From: an uncultured Syntrophaceae bacterium
GTDB lineage: Bacteria; Desulfobacterota; Syntrophia; Syntrophales; UBA2210
DNA length: 64,000 nucleotides
NCBI GenBank assembly: GCA_964540715.1
Contig: CAZINZ010000002.1
Location: 9,630 to 73,629, forward strand
Direction: 5' to 3'
The position numbers were made by a program, and so were the translations under genes. The stretch's first letter is position 1; each line of letters opens with the position of its first letter. Below are positions 45,549 to 55,239 of the stretch, in pieces. Below the pieces are notes generated by a model. It saw only the letters and a list, made by a program, of their open reading frames with translations. It had not been told where the DNA came from and ran no database searches.

Positions 45549-46781
45549 ATGAAGATAAAAAAACAGGTTGACGCGACAGGCAACGAAAAAGGGATGGTCC
45601 TCGTCGTAGTCCTTTTACTGCTTTCCGCTTTGATCATTCTTGGAACCACGACCATCATGCAGACCTCGACAGATTTGAAGATCAGCGGCAATTACAAGAG
45701 TAGTGTACAGGCATTCTATGACGCCGATGCCGGTGTCCAGTATGCCATTGCCAAGATGGAAGAAGGTCTTAAAAGCAGTCCCCAGACGTTTACGCTTCCT
45801 TCCGCGGGGAGTCCTGCTACGCTTACATACACAACACCAACCGGTTTTTCTTTTACTATTTCAACCATAGCTAATAATGCAGGTTCAAATACCTACACCT
45901 TCACCAGCACGGGAAATGGCCCGAATAACACACAGGCCGTCATAGTAGCCACATTGGGAGGAGACTCCGCCATCAATTACGCGATATTCGGCGACAGTAA
46001 ATCAGACACAAAAAGTGGCGGATCGACTCTGAGCTATGACAGCGGCAGCACGGATCCGACAAAAAACGATCCTTCAGATCCTTCGTTCGTGAGCACCCAT
46101 GAGGCCGATATCGGATCTAATGACTGGCTGGTGACCCATAGCGGAGCTTACATTGACGGAGACGGGGGATTAGGCGAACAGGACGATGGTTCTCTTGCAA
46201 CAGACGGTATCGATACGGGCACAACCTTCTATGGAACGGCCCCTGTCAATGTGGGGAGGATCGATCCCGACCCGTTAGGCATAAATTCCGGCGGCGAGTA
46301 TGATCCCTCTACCTACGCCACAATCAACGACAACGCCGCCGCCGGACTGGGCACTACTATAAAGACTGCTGCGTCGATTACACTTACGGCGGGAGATTAT
46401 TACTTCACGGACATCGAGCTGAAATCCGGCGCCGATCTCGTGATCGATCCATCAGCGGGGCCCGTTAACATATTTCTCACCGGCGGCCTAAGCGCCAAGG
46501 TTGGTTCGACGATCAATAATACGGGAAAGCCGACGGATTTGTCCATTTATTCCAATTCCAGCACCAAGATTTCACTCGCAAACGACGGTGAATTCAAGGC
46601 CTTTGTCTATGCCCCCTTTACGCCTGTGGACATGGGAAACAGTTCGAATACCTATGGCGCCATATGGGCAAGTAATGTAGATGTGAAAAATGGAGGGACC
46701 TTTTATTATGACGCGGCACTGAAAGACAAATACATGTCCAATGATCTGCTACTGACTGCCTGGAAGGATGACAGCGCCTGA
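45549..46781 (+). CDS. PilX-N-domain protein with large C-terminal domain (putative pilus tip/adhesin component), paralog 1
   Basis: EKGMVLVVVLLLLSALIILGTTTIMQTSTDLKISGNYKSSVQAFYDADAGVQYAI fits the PilX_N pattern. The central region is Gly/Asp/Thr/Ser-rich. The C-terminus is conserved with paralog 2. Confidence 0.65.
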   Translation: MKIKKQVDATGNEKGMVLVVVLLLLSALIILGTTTIMQTSTDLKISGNYKSSVQAFYDADAGVQYAIAKMEEGLKSSPQTFTLPSAGSPATLTYTTPTGFSFTISTIANNAGSNTYTFTSTGNGPNNTQAVIVATLGGDSAINYAIFGDSKSDTKSGGSTLSYDSGSTDPTKNDPSDPSFVSTHEADIGSNDWLVTHSGAYIDGDGGLGEQDDGSLATDGIDTGTTFYGTAPVNVGRIDPDPLGINSGGEYDPSTYATINDNAAAGLGTTIKTAASITLTAGDYYFTDIELKSGADLVIDPSAGPVNIFLTGGLSAKVGSTINNTGKPTDLSIYSNSSTKISLANDGEFKAFVYAPFTPVDMGNSSNTYGAIWASNVDVKNGGTFYYDAALKDKYMSNDLLLTAWKDDSA

Positions 46782-46834
46782 GTGTAAACCGTTGTATTAT
46801 CTCCCGGTGAGGTGCAGGTAAAGCCCGGAGGGTA

Positions 46835-47014
46835 CAAGGATTCCAGCTTTCAAGGGGTCCAGGATTCAAGGTTGTCCTATCTCGTTCCCACGCTCTAGCG
46901 TGGGAATGCATAATTCTCCTCTGACTTCTGTTTTTTTAACAGTGAACGGTTACCTAATTCTTTATCATTTCACTGGACTCCTCGAACCCTTGAATCCTGA
47001 CACTGGAATCCTTG
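46835..47014. repeat. 180-bp nested-palindrome (MITE/REP-like) element
   Basis: Outer inverted repeat CAAGGATTCCAG (46835-46846) / CTGGAATCCTTG (47003-47014). Inner inverted repeat CAGGATTCAAGG (46860-46871) / CCTTGAATCCTG (46988-46999). Central hairpins: TTCCCACGC-TCTA-GCGTGGGAA (46885-46906) and CAGTGAA...TTCACTG. Confidence 0.6.
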
Positions 47015-47041
47015 GTTCCTCTTGATTTTTTCCCCGTAACC

Positions 47042-47059
47042 GTCAAAATTTCTTGACTT
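47042..47059 (+). promoter_or_regulatory. conserved 18-mer GTCAAAATTTCTTGACTT (copy 1) with an embedded TTGACT -35-like hexamer
   Basis: Identical to 48778-48795. It contains the palindrome GTCAA-N6-TTGAC. TATATT or TATTTT lies 15-17 nt downstream. Confidence 0.4.
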
Positions 47060-47488
47060 CAGAATCGTATAATTATATTTTAACATCTCCTTCTGATCCC
47101 TCCATGGTTAGATCAATAATGGAGTTTTTATTCAGAGGGGTGTGACGATAAAGTAGATCACTGGTTAAGACCTGTTTTTGTAACTCATGTAACGGTGCAT
47201 CAGGTTCGCATCGGCATTATGTGTGATATATAAATCCGCAGACTTAATTCAGAATTACTCGGTTTTTCCCTTTTAGGATTCGTCTTTCGATATTATCTGA
47301 GGTGATACCGTTAATGATAAACCGGTGTCTTTATCTTGCAAAACAAGTCATTGAAGGTCCGGAAACAAGTGACGGACGTGCAGTGACCATGAGAGGAAAT
47401 ATACACTTCAATGGGCTATGGTTCAGAGAAATCTTTCACCCTCCCTCCTGATCGGGGTGAAGGCAATGATGAAAGTCAGGTGCATGAA

Positions 47489-48730
47489 ATGCGTTTAAGA
47501 CCGATATTCAGGCAAGTAAACAATGAAAGGGGGATGGTCCTCGTCGTAGTCCTTCTGCTGCTTTCCGCTTTGATCATTCTTGGAACCACGACCATCATGC
47601 AGACATCGACAGATTTGAAGATCAGCGGCAATTACAAGAGTAGTGTACAGGCATTCTATGACGCCGATGCCGGTGTCCAGTATGCCATTGCCAAGATGGA
47701 AGAAGGTCTTAAAAGCAGTCCCCAGACGTTTACGCTTTCTTCAGCGGGGAGTCCTGCTACGCTTACATACACGACGCCAACCGGTTTTTCTTTTACTATT
47801 TCAACCATAGCTAAGAATTCAGGTTCAAACACTTACAGCTTCACCAGTACCGGAAATGCCCCAAACAATGCGCAAGCAGCCATAGAAGCCACATTTGAAA
47901 GAGGGTCCGTAATAAATTACGCTGCATTTGGCGATGAATCGGTCGATAACCAGGGTACTTCATCTGTTAAAAGTTACGAACACACGCCCGGAATGACCCT
48001 TCCTCCGACAAGCTTCACAGGGGACGGGGATATAGGTTCCAATGGAGATGTGACTATTAAGTCCGGCGCTACAATTGACGGTGATGTAGCACTTGGAGAT
48101 GATGGAGAAGGTACCGAGGGCACCCTCGATAATAAGGGGATAATCACGGGCGAGGAAGGGACTGATGTAGCCAGGGTCGTTGCAGACCCACTTGGTGTTG
48201 TGGATGGGGAATATGCTACAAATTTTACTACCTACAGCACCAGTAATGATAATGCCCTTGCTACCGGGAGCGGGATTTCCGATACTGAGATAGATATAGG
48301 CAACGGCGATACTGCGACATTAGTGGGGAAAGCAGGGGGGGCCAACTATTATTTTACAGATATTGTGATTGGAAACGGTGGAACTCTTGATATCGACCCA
48401 TCAGCGGGTCCTGTCAATATTTATCTGGCCGGTTCTTTAGAGACCAAAAACGGGTCGAGCATCAATGTTTCAAGTGTTCCTGCAGAGTTTTCCATCTTCT
48501 CCAACTCGACCGATTCCATAGTTTTCAAACACGGGAGTGACTTTAAGGGGTTGGTATATGCACCTTACGCTCAGGTGGAGATGAAAAACAGTGCGGACTA
48601 CTATGGCGCCATATGGGCAGGGACAGTATTAATGCACAGCTCGGGAACCCTCTATTATGACACTGGCATGAAAGATAAATTTTCATCAGGTGATCTGACA
48701 CTCACATCATGGAAAGAAGATAGAAGCTGA
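47489..48730 (+). CDS. PilX-N-domain protein, paralog 2
   Basis: 47531-47810 is about 97% identical to 45591-45870 (7 mismatches in 280 nt by hand alignment). The central part diverges and the C-terminus is about 50% identical. The start is ATG 47489 or 47411. Confidence 0.65.
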   Translation: MRLRPIFRQVNNERGMVLVVVLLLLSALIILGTTTIMQTSTDLKISGNYKSSVQAFYDADAGVQYAIAKMEEGLKSSPQTFTLSSAGSPATLTYTTPTGFSFTISTIAKNSGSNTYSFTSTGNAPNNAQAAIEATFERGSVINYAAFGDESVDNQGTSSVKSYEHTPGMTLPPTSFTGDGDIGSNGDVTIKSGATIDGDVALGDDGEGTEGTLDNKGIITGEEGTDVARVVADPLGVVDGEYATNFTTYSTSNDNALATGSGISDTEIDIGNGDTATLVGKAGGANYYFTDIVIGNGGTLDIDPSAGPVNIYLAGSLETKNGSSINVSSVPAEFSIFSNSTDSIVFKHGSDFKGLVYAPYAQVEMKNSADYYGAIWAGTVLMHSSGTLYYDTGMKDKFSSGDLTLTSWKEDRS

Positions 48731-48777
48731 GTTTGAACAATTTGAATCTTTTTGTCATGAGTGCCAGAATTTCAGTT

Positions 48778-48817
48778 GTCAAAATTTCTTGACTTGAAAA
48801 GGCCCTCTATATATCAT
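48778..48817 (+). promoter_or_regulatory. conserved 18-mer (copy 2) plus a sigma70-type promoter
   Basis: GTCAAAATTTCTTGACTT at 48778-48795. TTGACT (48789-48794), a 17-nt spacer, then TATCAT (48812-48817). Confidence 0.5.
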
Positions 48818-48871
48818 CATATCATCAGAACAAAGTAGATTAAAAAAATGGACGACCGGAGGATTGTGCTT

Positions 48872-49042
48872 ATGGCTACAGATAAGAGATACTGCTCTAT
48901 ATGTGCGTGGAGAGGCACCTGCGCGAAACGGTTTTCAGTTTCCAAAGATTCCAGCGGACAAGTTCATTGTCCCGACTTTACAAGAGATCTTGCCATCAAG
49001 GATACCGATACCGATGAAATAAAGAACACGGACAAAAAATGA
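48872..49042 (+). CDS. small Cys-rich hypothetical protein (CxxC...C...C)
   Basis: GGAGGA at 48858-48863 lies 8 nt before ATG 48872. Product MATDKRYCSICAWRGTCAKRFSVSKDSSGQVHCPDF... The gene has its own promoter-like element and terminator. Confidence 0.45.
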   Translation: MATDKRYCSICAWRGTCAKRFSVSKDSSGQVHCPDFTRDLAIKDTDTDEIKNTDKK

Positions 49043-49101
49043 ATTGACAAAGCGGACGAGAAACTTGTAGAAGTGCGCCGTTTTGAGGCTTTTTGAGAAA
49101 G

Positions 49102-49130
49102 GTTGGCCTTCGGGCCAACTTTTTCGTTTT
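49102..49130 (+). terminator. intrinsic terminator
   Basis: GTTGGCC-TTCG-GGCCAAC followed by TTTTTCGTTTT. Confidence 0.75.
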
Positions 49131-49158
49131 CTGCATAAGAAGGAATTTTAAACAAATC

Positions 49159-50820
49159 ATGAAAAAGAGACTTGCCAGACTACTCGAAGAATCAATTAAT
49201 ACCTGCATTGAAAAGGAATTATTGAAGAAAACTGACATTCCCTTCATAGAAGTGGAGCTCCCGAGAGAGGGCTCTCATGGCGATTACGCATCAAATATAG
49301 CCATGGTTTTTGCATCCAGCCAGAAAGAAGCGCCTCGTAAAATAGCCGAGCGTATAGTCGAAAACGTCCATGACAGCGGCCTGCTATTGGACAAAATAGA
49401 GATAGCCGGCCCCGGTTTCATAAACTTTTTCATCAAGAACGGCGTATGGTCTACCCTTCTTGAAGAGGTGGACACTCTCGGGGACAGGTATGGTAATTCC
49501 GACATTGGAAAAAGCTCCAGGGTCCAGGTGGAATTTGTAAGCGCCAACCCCACCGGGCCACTTCATATAGGACATGCCCGGGGCGCCGTTATTGGCGACA
49601 CTATCGCCAATATCCTGCAGGCATCGGGATTCTCCGTATCCAGGGAATACTACATAAACGATGCCGGGAACCAGATGAACATGCTCGGAGAATCGGTTTA
49701 CTACAGGTATCTCGAACTGACGGGTGAAGATATTTTATTTCCCGATGATTGTTACCAGGGCCGATACATCACTGAACTTGCCGGGGAAATTTATGTCAAA
49801 TTCGGCGATAAGTTCCGTTCAGCCAAGGTGGAGGCGGTTCCCTTTATGACAAAATACGCGGCCGACTCCATTCTCGAGGGGATAAAAAATGATCTTGAAA
49901 TCCTTGGTGTAACCTTCGACCGCTATTTCAGTGAAAAGGAACTTTACATCAATGACGGCGTTGCAAAGATCCTCCAGAAACTCAGAGGAGAGGGCTTCAT
50001 ATACGAAGAAGATGGCACACTGTGGTTCAAGACAGAGAATTGCGGCGACGAAAAAGACAGGGTCGTTGTAAGGGGAAATGGCGAACCCACCTATTTTGCC
50101 GCCGATATCGCATATCATCAGGACAAATACTCAAGGGGTTTTGACAAGGTCATCAATGTATGGGGGGCGGATCATCACGGATATATCCCAAGAATGCAGG
50201 CAGGTATTCAGGCCCTCGGCAGAAAAAAGGAAGACCTTGAAATAGTCCTTGTTCAGCTGGTGAACCTCCTCAGGGATGACGTTCCTGTTCCCATGTCCAC
50301 GAGGGCCGGTGAATTTGTAACCACAAGAGAGGTAACCGATGAAGTGGGAAAAGACGCGGCCAGATATAACTTCCTGATGAGAAGATCAAACAGCCATCTT
50401 GACTTTGACCTGGAGCTTGCGAAGGCTCAATCAAGTGAAAATCCTGTGTATTACGTGCAATATGCCCACGCCAGAATATCCAGCATCATGAGAATCGCCA
50501 TGGAGCAGGGGCACCGGGTCCCAGCCTATGATGATATCAAACCCGACCTTCTTTCCACCCCGGAAGAACACGAACTTGCCAAATTAATCGACGCGTTTCC
50601 TGAAATTATTGAAGGGAGCGCAAAAACGCTCGAACCGCATCGCATACCCTATTACATTAACGATCTTGCCTCCACATTTCACAGTTTTTATAACAAGCAC
50701 AAAGTTGTTTCCGACAACGCCGAATTGACGAAAGCCAGATTGTTCCTGATCAAGACTACAGCAACAGTAATCCGAAATGCCCTCAAATTATTAGGAGTTT
50801 CCGCACCCGAACGTATGTGA
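49159..50820 (+). CDS. argS: arginine--tRNA ligase
   Basis: HIGH-type motif [14 protein letters not shown], the MSTRAG variant of KMSKS, and a DALR anticodon-binding C-terminus. The start was moved to ATG 49159. Confidence 0.95.
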   Translation: MKKRLARLLEESINTCIEKELLKKTDIPFIEVELPREGSHGDYASNIAMVFASSQKEAPRKIAERIVENVHDSGLLLDKIEIAGPGFINFFIKNGVWSTLLEEVDTLGDRYGNSDIGKSSRVQVEFVSANPTGPLHIGHARGAVIGDTIANILQASGFSVSREYYINDAGNQMNMLGESVYYRYLELTGEDILFPDDCYQGRYITELAGEIYVKFGDKFRSAKVEAVPFMTKYAADSILEGIKNDLEILGVTFDRYFSEKELYINDGVAKILQKLRGEGFIYEEDGTLWFKTENCGDEKDRVVVRGNGEPTYFAADIAYHQDKYSRGFDKVINVWGADHHGYIPRMQAGIQALGRKKEDLEIVLVQLVNLLRDDVPVPMSTRAGEFVTTREVTDEVGKDAARYNFLMRRSNSHLDFDLELAKAQSSENPVYYVQYAHARISSIMRIAMEQGHRVPAYDDIKPDLLSTPEEHELAKLIDAFPEIIEGSAKTLEPHRIPYYINDLASTFHSFYNKHKVVSDNAELTKARLFLIKTTATVIRNALKLLGVSAPERM

Positions 50821-51443
50821 AAATCGAGGACAAGCTAATGCCGCAGAAAACCGGAGATTTCGAATTCAGACTTGGCAGATTCGGGTTAATCTTTATCACC
50901 CTGGTCATCGCATTGCTTTTTTTGTTCTTCTTTGTGTGCGGGGTAATGGTAGGAAAAAATATTGACAGTTATCCTAAAAAGATCACCAGAGACATACCCG
51001 GCGCCATAAAGCAGAGATTTGTAAAAAGCGGTGTTATTCCGACTGATACAGACAAAGATAAAAGCGATGATTTTGAATTCACTTTTTATGACAAGCTTAA
51101 GGGAAAACATAAAGATATAAAGAAGACCTCTACCGCGAGGATGAAAGAGAAACCCTCTACCAGATCGAAGCCACATGAGAGGAAACAGCCTGGTGGAAAA
51201 TATGTAATCCAGATTGCATCATTCAGGGATAAGAGCCGGACAAAAGTCCTGCAGGCGAAGTTATCCGATATGGGTTATTCTTCAACCGTTGATGAGATTA
51301 ACCTGCCCTCAAGCGGAAAATGGTTCCGCGTAAATTTGCGCGGGATTGCGACACATGATGATGCGAGAAAGATTGCATCTCTGCTGGAAAAGAAGCTCCG
51401 CCGCATCAAGTGTCTCATTCTACAAAACACAAAATCAGGATAG
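50817..51443 (+). CDS. SPOR domain-containing membrane protein
   Basis: N-terminal TM ([23 protein letters not shown]) and C-terminal SPOR domain ([26 protein letters not shown]...WFRVNLRG). Confidence 0.7.
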   Translation: MKIEDKLMPQKTGDFEFRLGRFGLIFITLVIALLFLFFFVCGVMVGKNIDSYPKKITRDIPGAIKQRFVKSGVIPTDTDKDKSDDFEFTFYDKLKGKHKDIKKTSTARMKEKPSTRSKPHERKQPGGKYVIQIASFRDKSRTKVLQAKLSDMGYSSTVDEINLPSSGKWFRVNLRGIATHDDARKIASLLEKKLRRIKCLILQNTKSG

Positions 51444-51449
51444 ACCACC

Positions 51450-52784
51450 ATGTTTGAAAATTTGACCGAGAAACTGGACAATGTCTTCAAAAGACTCCGG
51501 GGACAGGGTATCCTCAGCGAGGAAAACGTAAAAACCGCCATGAAAGATATCCGTATGGCGCTCCTTGAGGCGGATGTCAATTTCAAAGTAACCAAAGAAT
51601 TTATCGAAGATGTCAGCGAGAGAGCTGTAGGGCAGGACATCCTGGACAGCATTAGTCCCGGTCAGCAGATAGTCAAGATTGTCCATGACAGGCTCGTTGA
51701 ACTGATGGGAAAAGAAAGTAGCCACCTGAACCTTTCCAACCGTACCCCCGCTCCGGTCTTGCTCGTAGGCCTTCAGGGATGTGGCAAGACAACAACCGCA
51801 TCAAAACTCGCGCGTCATCTGACTGACCATGGTCGCAGGGTTTCCATGGTTTCTGTCGATATCTACAGACCAGCCGCCATCGAACAGCTGAAAATCCTCG
51901 GAGACAGAACCAATACAAATGTTTACGATTCAACGGATCGGAGCGATCCGGTAACCATCTGCGTTGAAGCAATTGAAGACGCGAAAGCGAACGGCTTTGA
52001 CACACTGATCATTGACACCGCGGGCAGGCTTCATATCGACGACGAACTGATGGACGAACTGAAAAGAATAAAAGACACTATAAGCCCATCTGAGATACTC
52101 TTTGTCGCCGACGCAATGACCGGACAGGATGCCGTATCCGTAGCTGAAGAATTTGACAACCTCTTAGGTATAGATGGCGTGGTGCTGACAAAAATGGATG
52201 GCGATGCACGCGGAGGGGCGGCGCTGTCCCTGAAAAAGGTGACTGGAAAACCTGTCAAGTTCATCGGCGTTGGTGAAAAGACAGATGCACTGGAGGTCTT
52301 TCACCCCGAACGTATGGCTTCTCGGATTCTTGGTATGGGCGATATATTAACCCTCGTTGAGAAGGCCCAGACGACAGTAGACGAAAAAACCGCAAAAGAT
52401 CTGGAGAAAAAGATACGAAAGGATTCATTCACCCTTGACGATCTGAAAAGTCAGCTGACACAGATCAGGAAGATGGGGCCACTTCAGGATATTCTCGGGA
52501 TGATACCGGGGCTTGGAAAAATAAAAGCCCTTAAGAACGCGACCCCGGACGAACGAGATCTGATTAAGACAACAGCCATCATCGATTCCATGACAAGGAA
52601 GGAACGTATAAATCACAAGATCATAAACGGCCAAAGAAGGCAAAGGATCGCCAAAGGAAGCGGCACCACAGTGCAAGATGTCAACAAGGTCCTCAAGAAT
52701 TTTATAGAGATGAGAAAAATGATGAAAAAATTGACAAAAGGTGGAATGAAGTCCATGACAAGGGGCAATTTCCCCTTTAAATAA
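51450..52784 (+). CDS. ffh: signal recognition particle protein
   Basis: GLQGCGKTTTASKLA, DTAGRLH, TKMDGDARGGAALS, and a Met-rich M domain. Confidence 0.95.
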   Translation: MFENLTEKLDNVFKRLRGQGILSEENVKTAMKDIRMALLEADVNFKVTKEFIEDVSERAVGQDILDSISPGQQIVKIVHDRLVELMGKESSHLNLSNRTPAPVLLVGLQGCGKTTTASKLARHLTDHGRRVSMVSVDIYRPAAIEQLKILGDRTNTNVYDSTDRSDPVTICVEAIEDAKANGFDTLIIDTAGRLHIDDELMDELKRIKDTISPSEILFVADAMTGQDAVSVAEEFDNLLGIDGVVLTKMDGDARGGAALSLKKVTGKPVKFIGVGEKTDALEVFHPERMASRILGMGDILTLVEKAQTTVDEKTAKDLEKKIRKDSFTLDDLKSQLTQIRKMGPLQDILGMIPGLGKIKALKNATPDERDLIKTTAIIDSMTRKERINHKIINGQRRQRIAKGSGTTVQDVNKVLKNFIEMRKMMKKLTKGGMKSMTRGNFPFK

Positions 52785-52850
52785 GCTGACAGATGTGTTA
52801 GAAGGATACATTGAACTAAATTTTATTATCAGGAGGTAATAACCCGGCGA

Positions 52851-53126
52851 ATGGCAGTTAAAATAAGATTGACGCGAATGGGCGCAAAAAAGAAACCTTT
52901 CTACAGGATTGTGGTGGCGGAAAACGAGGCTCCGCGCGATGGCAGATTCATCGAAATCGTTGGAAATTACGATCCGATGAAGGATCCGGCTGAGATAAAC
53001 CTCAAGGAGAATCGGGTGACTGACTGGCTGTCAAAGGGAGCCAAGCCGACTCAGACAGTGTTGAGTCTTCTCAAAAAGAAGGGGCTTATTGCATCAAAGG
53101 CGGAGAAAGCGCGGACAGAGCGTTAG
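52851..53126 (+). CDS. rpsP: 30S ribosomal protein S16
   Basis: [23 protein letters not shown]. Confidence 0.95.
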   Translation: MAVKIRLTRMGAKKKPFYRIVVAENEAPRDGRFIEIVGNYDPMKDPAEINLKENRVTDWLSKGAKPTQTVLSLLKKKGLIASKAEKARTER

Positions 53127-53181
53127 TGCAACAGACGATCTACATCTTACTTACTCTTAAGAATCAGTGGAGGTTGCTACG

Positions 53182-53412
53182 ATGAAAGATTTGGTCAAGT
53201 ACATGGCTCAGGCTTTGGTAGACTATCCTGATGATGTTGTATGCACAGAGGTAATCGGTGAGCAGACCACTGTCATCGAATTGAGGGTCGCGAAGGATGA
53301 CTTGGGTAAGGTTATTGGGAAACAGGGTAAAACCGCAAAGGCAATGAGAACCATCTTAAGTGCTGCATCGGCCAAGATACATAAAAGGGCGGTTCTCGAA
53401 ATCATTGAATAA
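53182..53412 (+). CDS. KH domain RNA-binding protein (YlqC-like)
   Basis: GxxG loop [21 protein letters not shown] precedes ATG 53182. Conserved position between rpsP and rimM. Confidence 0.85.
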   Translation: MKDLVKYMAQALVDYPDDVVCTEVIGEQTTVIELRVAKDDLGKVIGKQGKTAKAMRTILSAASAKIHKRAVLEIIE

Positions 53413-53922
53413 GTGAACAACCTGCTTGAGATAGGAAAAATCGTCAAATCCAGCGGTCTTAAAGGCCGCCTAAAGGTTCTTTCATATTGCGAATCAGCAG
53501 AGGTGATTAAAAAGCTGAAACTTGTTTTCGTAGGTGAGGATGCGGGGCACGTATCCCCATTTACCGTCAAGAGAACAGGCGTGAAACGAGGGTCATTTTT
53601 CGTAGAGCTTGAAGGTGTGGACACGCTTGAGGCAGCCGGTAAACTGGCGGGGCACCATGTCTTTATTCCCTCGAAAAACCTTCCTGACGGCGAGTATTAC
53701 TGGAAAGATGTAATAGGGCTTCGTATCGTTACAGAAGAAGGCCGGGAACTGGGTCGTGTAACATCTATTCTGCCTACGGGAAGTAATGATGTCTATATAT
53801 GCAGTGGGGGTGAAAGGGAAATCCTCATCCCTGCATTCGAAGACGTGGTAGAAAGAATAGACATCAAAAATGGCGTTATGGTTGTGAAGCTTCCCGAAGG
53901 GCTGCAAAATGATGATCTTTGA
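53413..53922 (+). CDS. rimM: 16S rRNA processing protein RimM
   Basis: [16 protein letters not shown] and a PRC-barrel C-terminus. GTG start. Confidence 0.9.
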   Translation: MNNLLEIGKIVKSSGLKGRLKVLSYCESAEVIKKLKLVFVGEDAGHVSPFTVKRTGVKRGSFFVELEGVDTLEAAGKLAGHHVFIPSKNLPDGEYYWKDVIGLRIVTEEGRELGRVTSILPTGSNDVYICSGGEREILIPAFEDVVERIDIKNGVMVVKLPEGLQNDDL

Positions 53923-54655
53923 TATTTTATCCGTCTTTCCGGAAATGTTTCAATCCGCAATCGGCAGCAGCCTTATGAAGAAGGCCATTGAAAATGGCCT
54001 CGTTGAAGTAAATCTCCACAACATCCGGGATTATACCAGTGACAGACACAGGACTACCGACGATGCCCCTTTCGGAGGAGGGGGGGGAATGGTCATGAGG
54101 GTGGAACCTGTTGCAACTGCCCTGAAGGCTATTGTACCTGACGATAGCAGACCGCTTATCATTCTTCTCTCGCCCCAGGGAGATACTTTCAAACAGAGAG
54201 ACGCGGAAGAACTTTCTCAATATTCCAGGATTGTCCTTATATGTGGGCACTATGAGGGGATAGACGAGCGGGTCAGGGAACACCTCATTGATCGAGAGAT
54301 ATCCATTGGGGACTATGTCCTGAGCGGCGGGGAGTTGCCCGCGATGATTTTGGTGGACGCGGTTTCGCGTCTTGTGCCCGGTTTTGTGGGAAACAGCGAA
54401 TCAGTATTGCTCGATTCTTTTTCGACAGGACTACTTGAAGGTCCCCACTATACGAGGCCCAGGGAATATGAGGGCTGGGGGGTACCGGAAGTTCTGCTCT
54501 CTGGACATCAGAAGATGATAGACGAGTGGAGGCACAGGGAATCCCTCAAAAGGACGCTACGGAGAAGACCTGATATGCTCGGGCAGGCTGATCTTACAAA
54601 CGAGGACAAAAGGGTGCTTGATGAACTCAAGTCGGGGGACCCTGATCTTGTATAA
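53909..54655 (+). CDS. trmD: tRNA (guanine37-N1)-methyltransferase
   Basis: [29 protein letters not shown], and [14 protein letters not shown]. Confidence 0.95.
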   Translation: MMIFDILSVFPEMFQSAIGSSLMKKAIENGLVEVNLHNIRDYTSDRHRTTDDAPFGGGGGMVMRVEPVATALKAIVPDDSRPLIILLSPQGDTFKQRDAEELSQYSRIVLICGHYEGIDERVREHLIDREISIGDYVLSGGELPAMILVDAVSRLVPGFVGNSESVLLDSFSTGLLEGPHYTRPREYEGWGVPEVLLSGHQKMIDEWRHRESLKRTLRRRPDMLGQADLTNEDKRVLDELKSGDPDLV

Positions 54656-55208
54656 GAACCTTTATATTGCTCTCTTACATTACCCCGTTTACAATAAAAG
54701 AGGCGCTGTGGTTACAACGGCGGTAACTAATCTCGATATACATGATATATCAAGAGCCGCAAAGACTTATGGTGTGAGAGCTTTTTACATCATAACGCCG
54801 ATAGAGCAACAACGAGTGTTCGTCGAACGTATTCTGCAGCACTGGCAAAAGGGATATGGCGCCACCTATAACCCTTTCAGAAAACAGGCCCTCGACGTAG
54901 TAAGGCTGGAGAGCTCCCTTGATGATACGATAATTGCTATATCGCGGGAGACCGGGCTCAGAGTTAATGTGGTGTTTACAAGCGCTTCACCCCGGAAAAA
55001 TTGCCTGACTTGTGAAGAGCTGAGAGAAAAGATTTCGGAAAATCGCGAGACGTTTCTGTTAGTCTTTGGAACAGGCTGGGGAATAGCTGAAGAGGTTGCT
55101 GCAAAGGCTGACATCTTTGTGGAACCTATAAAAGGAAACTCGGATTACAATCACCTGTCCGTCAGGTCGGCTGCAGCCGTCACGCTCGACAGATTGTGTG
55201 GACAATAA
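54618..55208 (+). CDS. putative SPOUT-like RNA methyltransferase (Methyltrn_RNA_4-like, tentative)
   Basis: [39 protein letters not shown]...[10 protein letters not shown]...[16 protein letters not shown]. The start is uncertain: ATG 54618 overlaps trmD by 38 nt, and TTG 54648 is an alternative. Confidence 0.6.
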   Translation: MMNSSRGTLILYKNLYIALLHYPVYNKRGAVVTTAVTNLDIHDISRAAKTYGVRAFYIITPIEQQRVFVERILQHWQKGYGATYNPFRKQALDVVRLESSLDDTIIAISRETGLRVNVVFTSASPRKNCLTCEELREKISENRETFLLVFGTGWGIAEEVAAKADIFVEPIKGNSDYNHLSVRSAAAVTLDRLCGQ

Positions 55209-55239
55209 CTAATGATTTTTTAGAGGAGGATTTTGAACT

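Noticed and set aside
46835-47014. Invertible promoter switch (fimS-like) between the two PilX-like genes
   Set aside because: Inverted repeats are present, but there is no intact site-specific recombinase nearby, no clear promoter lies inside the invertible core, and a single assembled sequence cannot show both orientations. The question is left for read-level tools such as PhaseFinder.
45900-48400. Diversity-generating retroelement targeting the variable centre of the PilX-like genes
   Set aside because: There is no reverse transcriptase gene and no template-repeat/variable-repeat pair with adenine-specific differences. The divergence is general, not A-site-specific.
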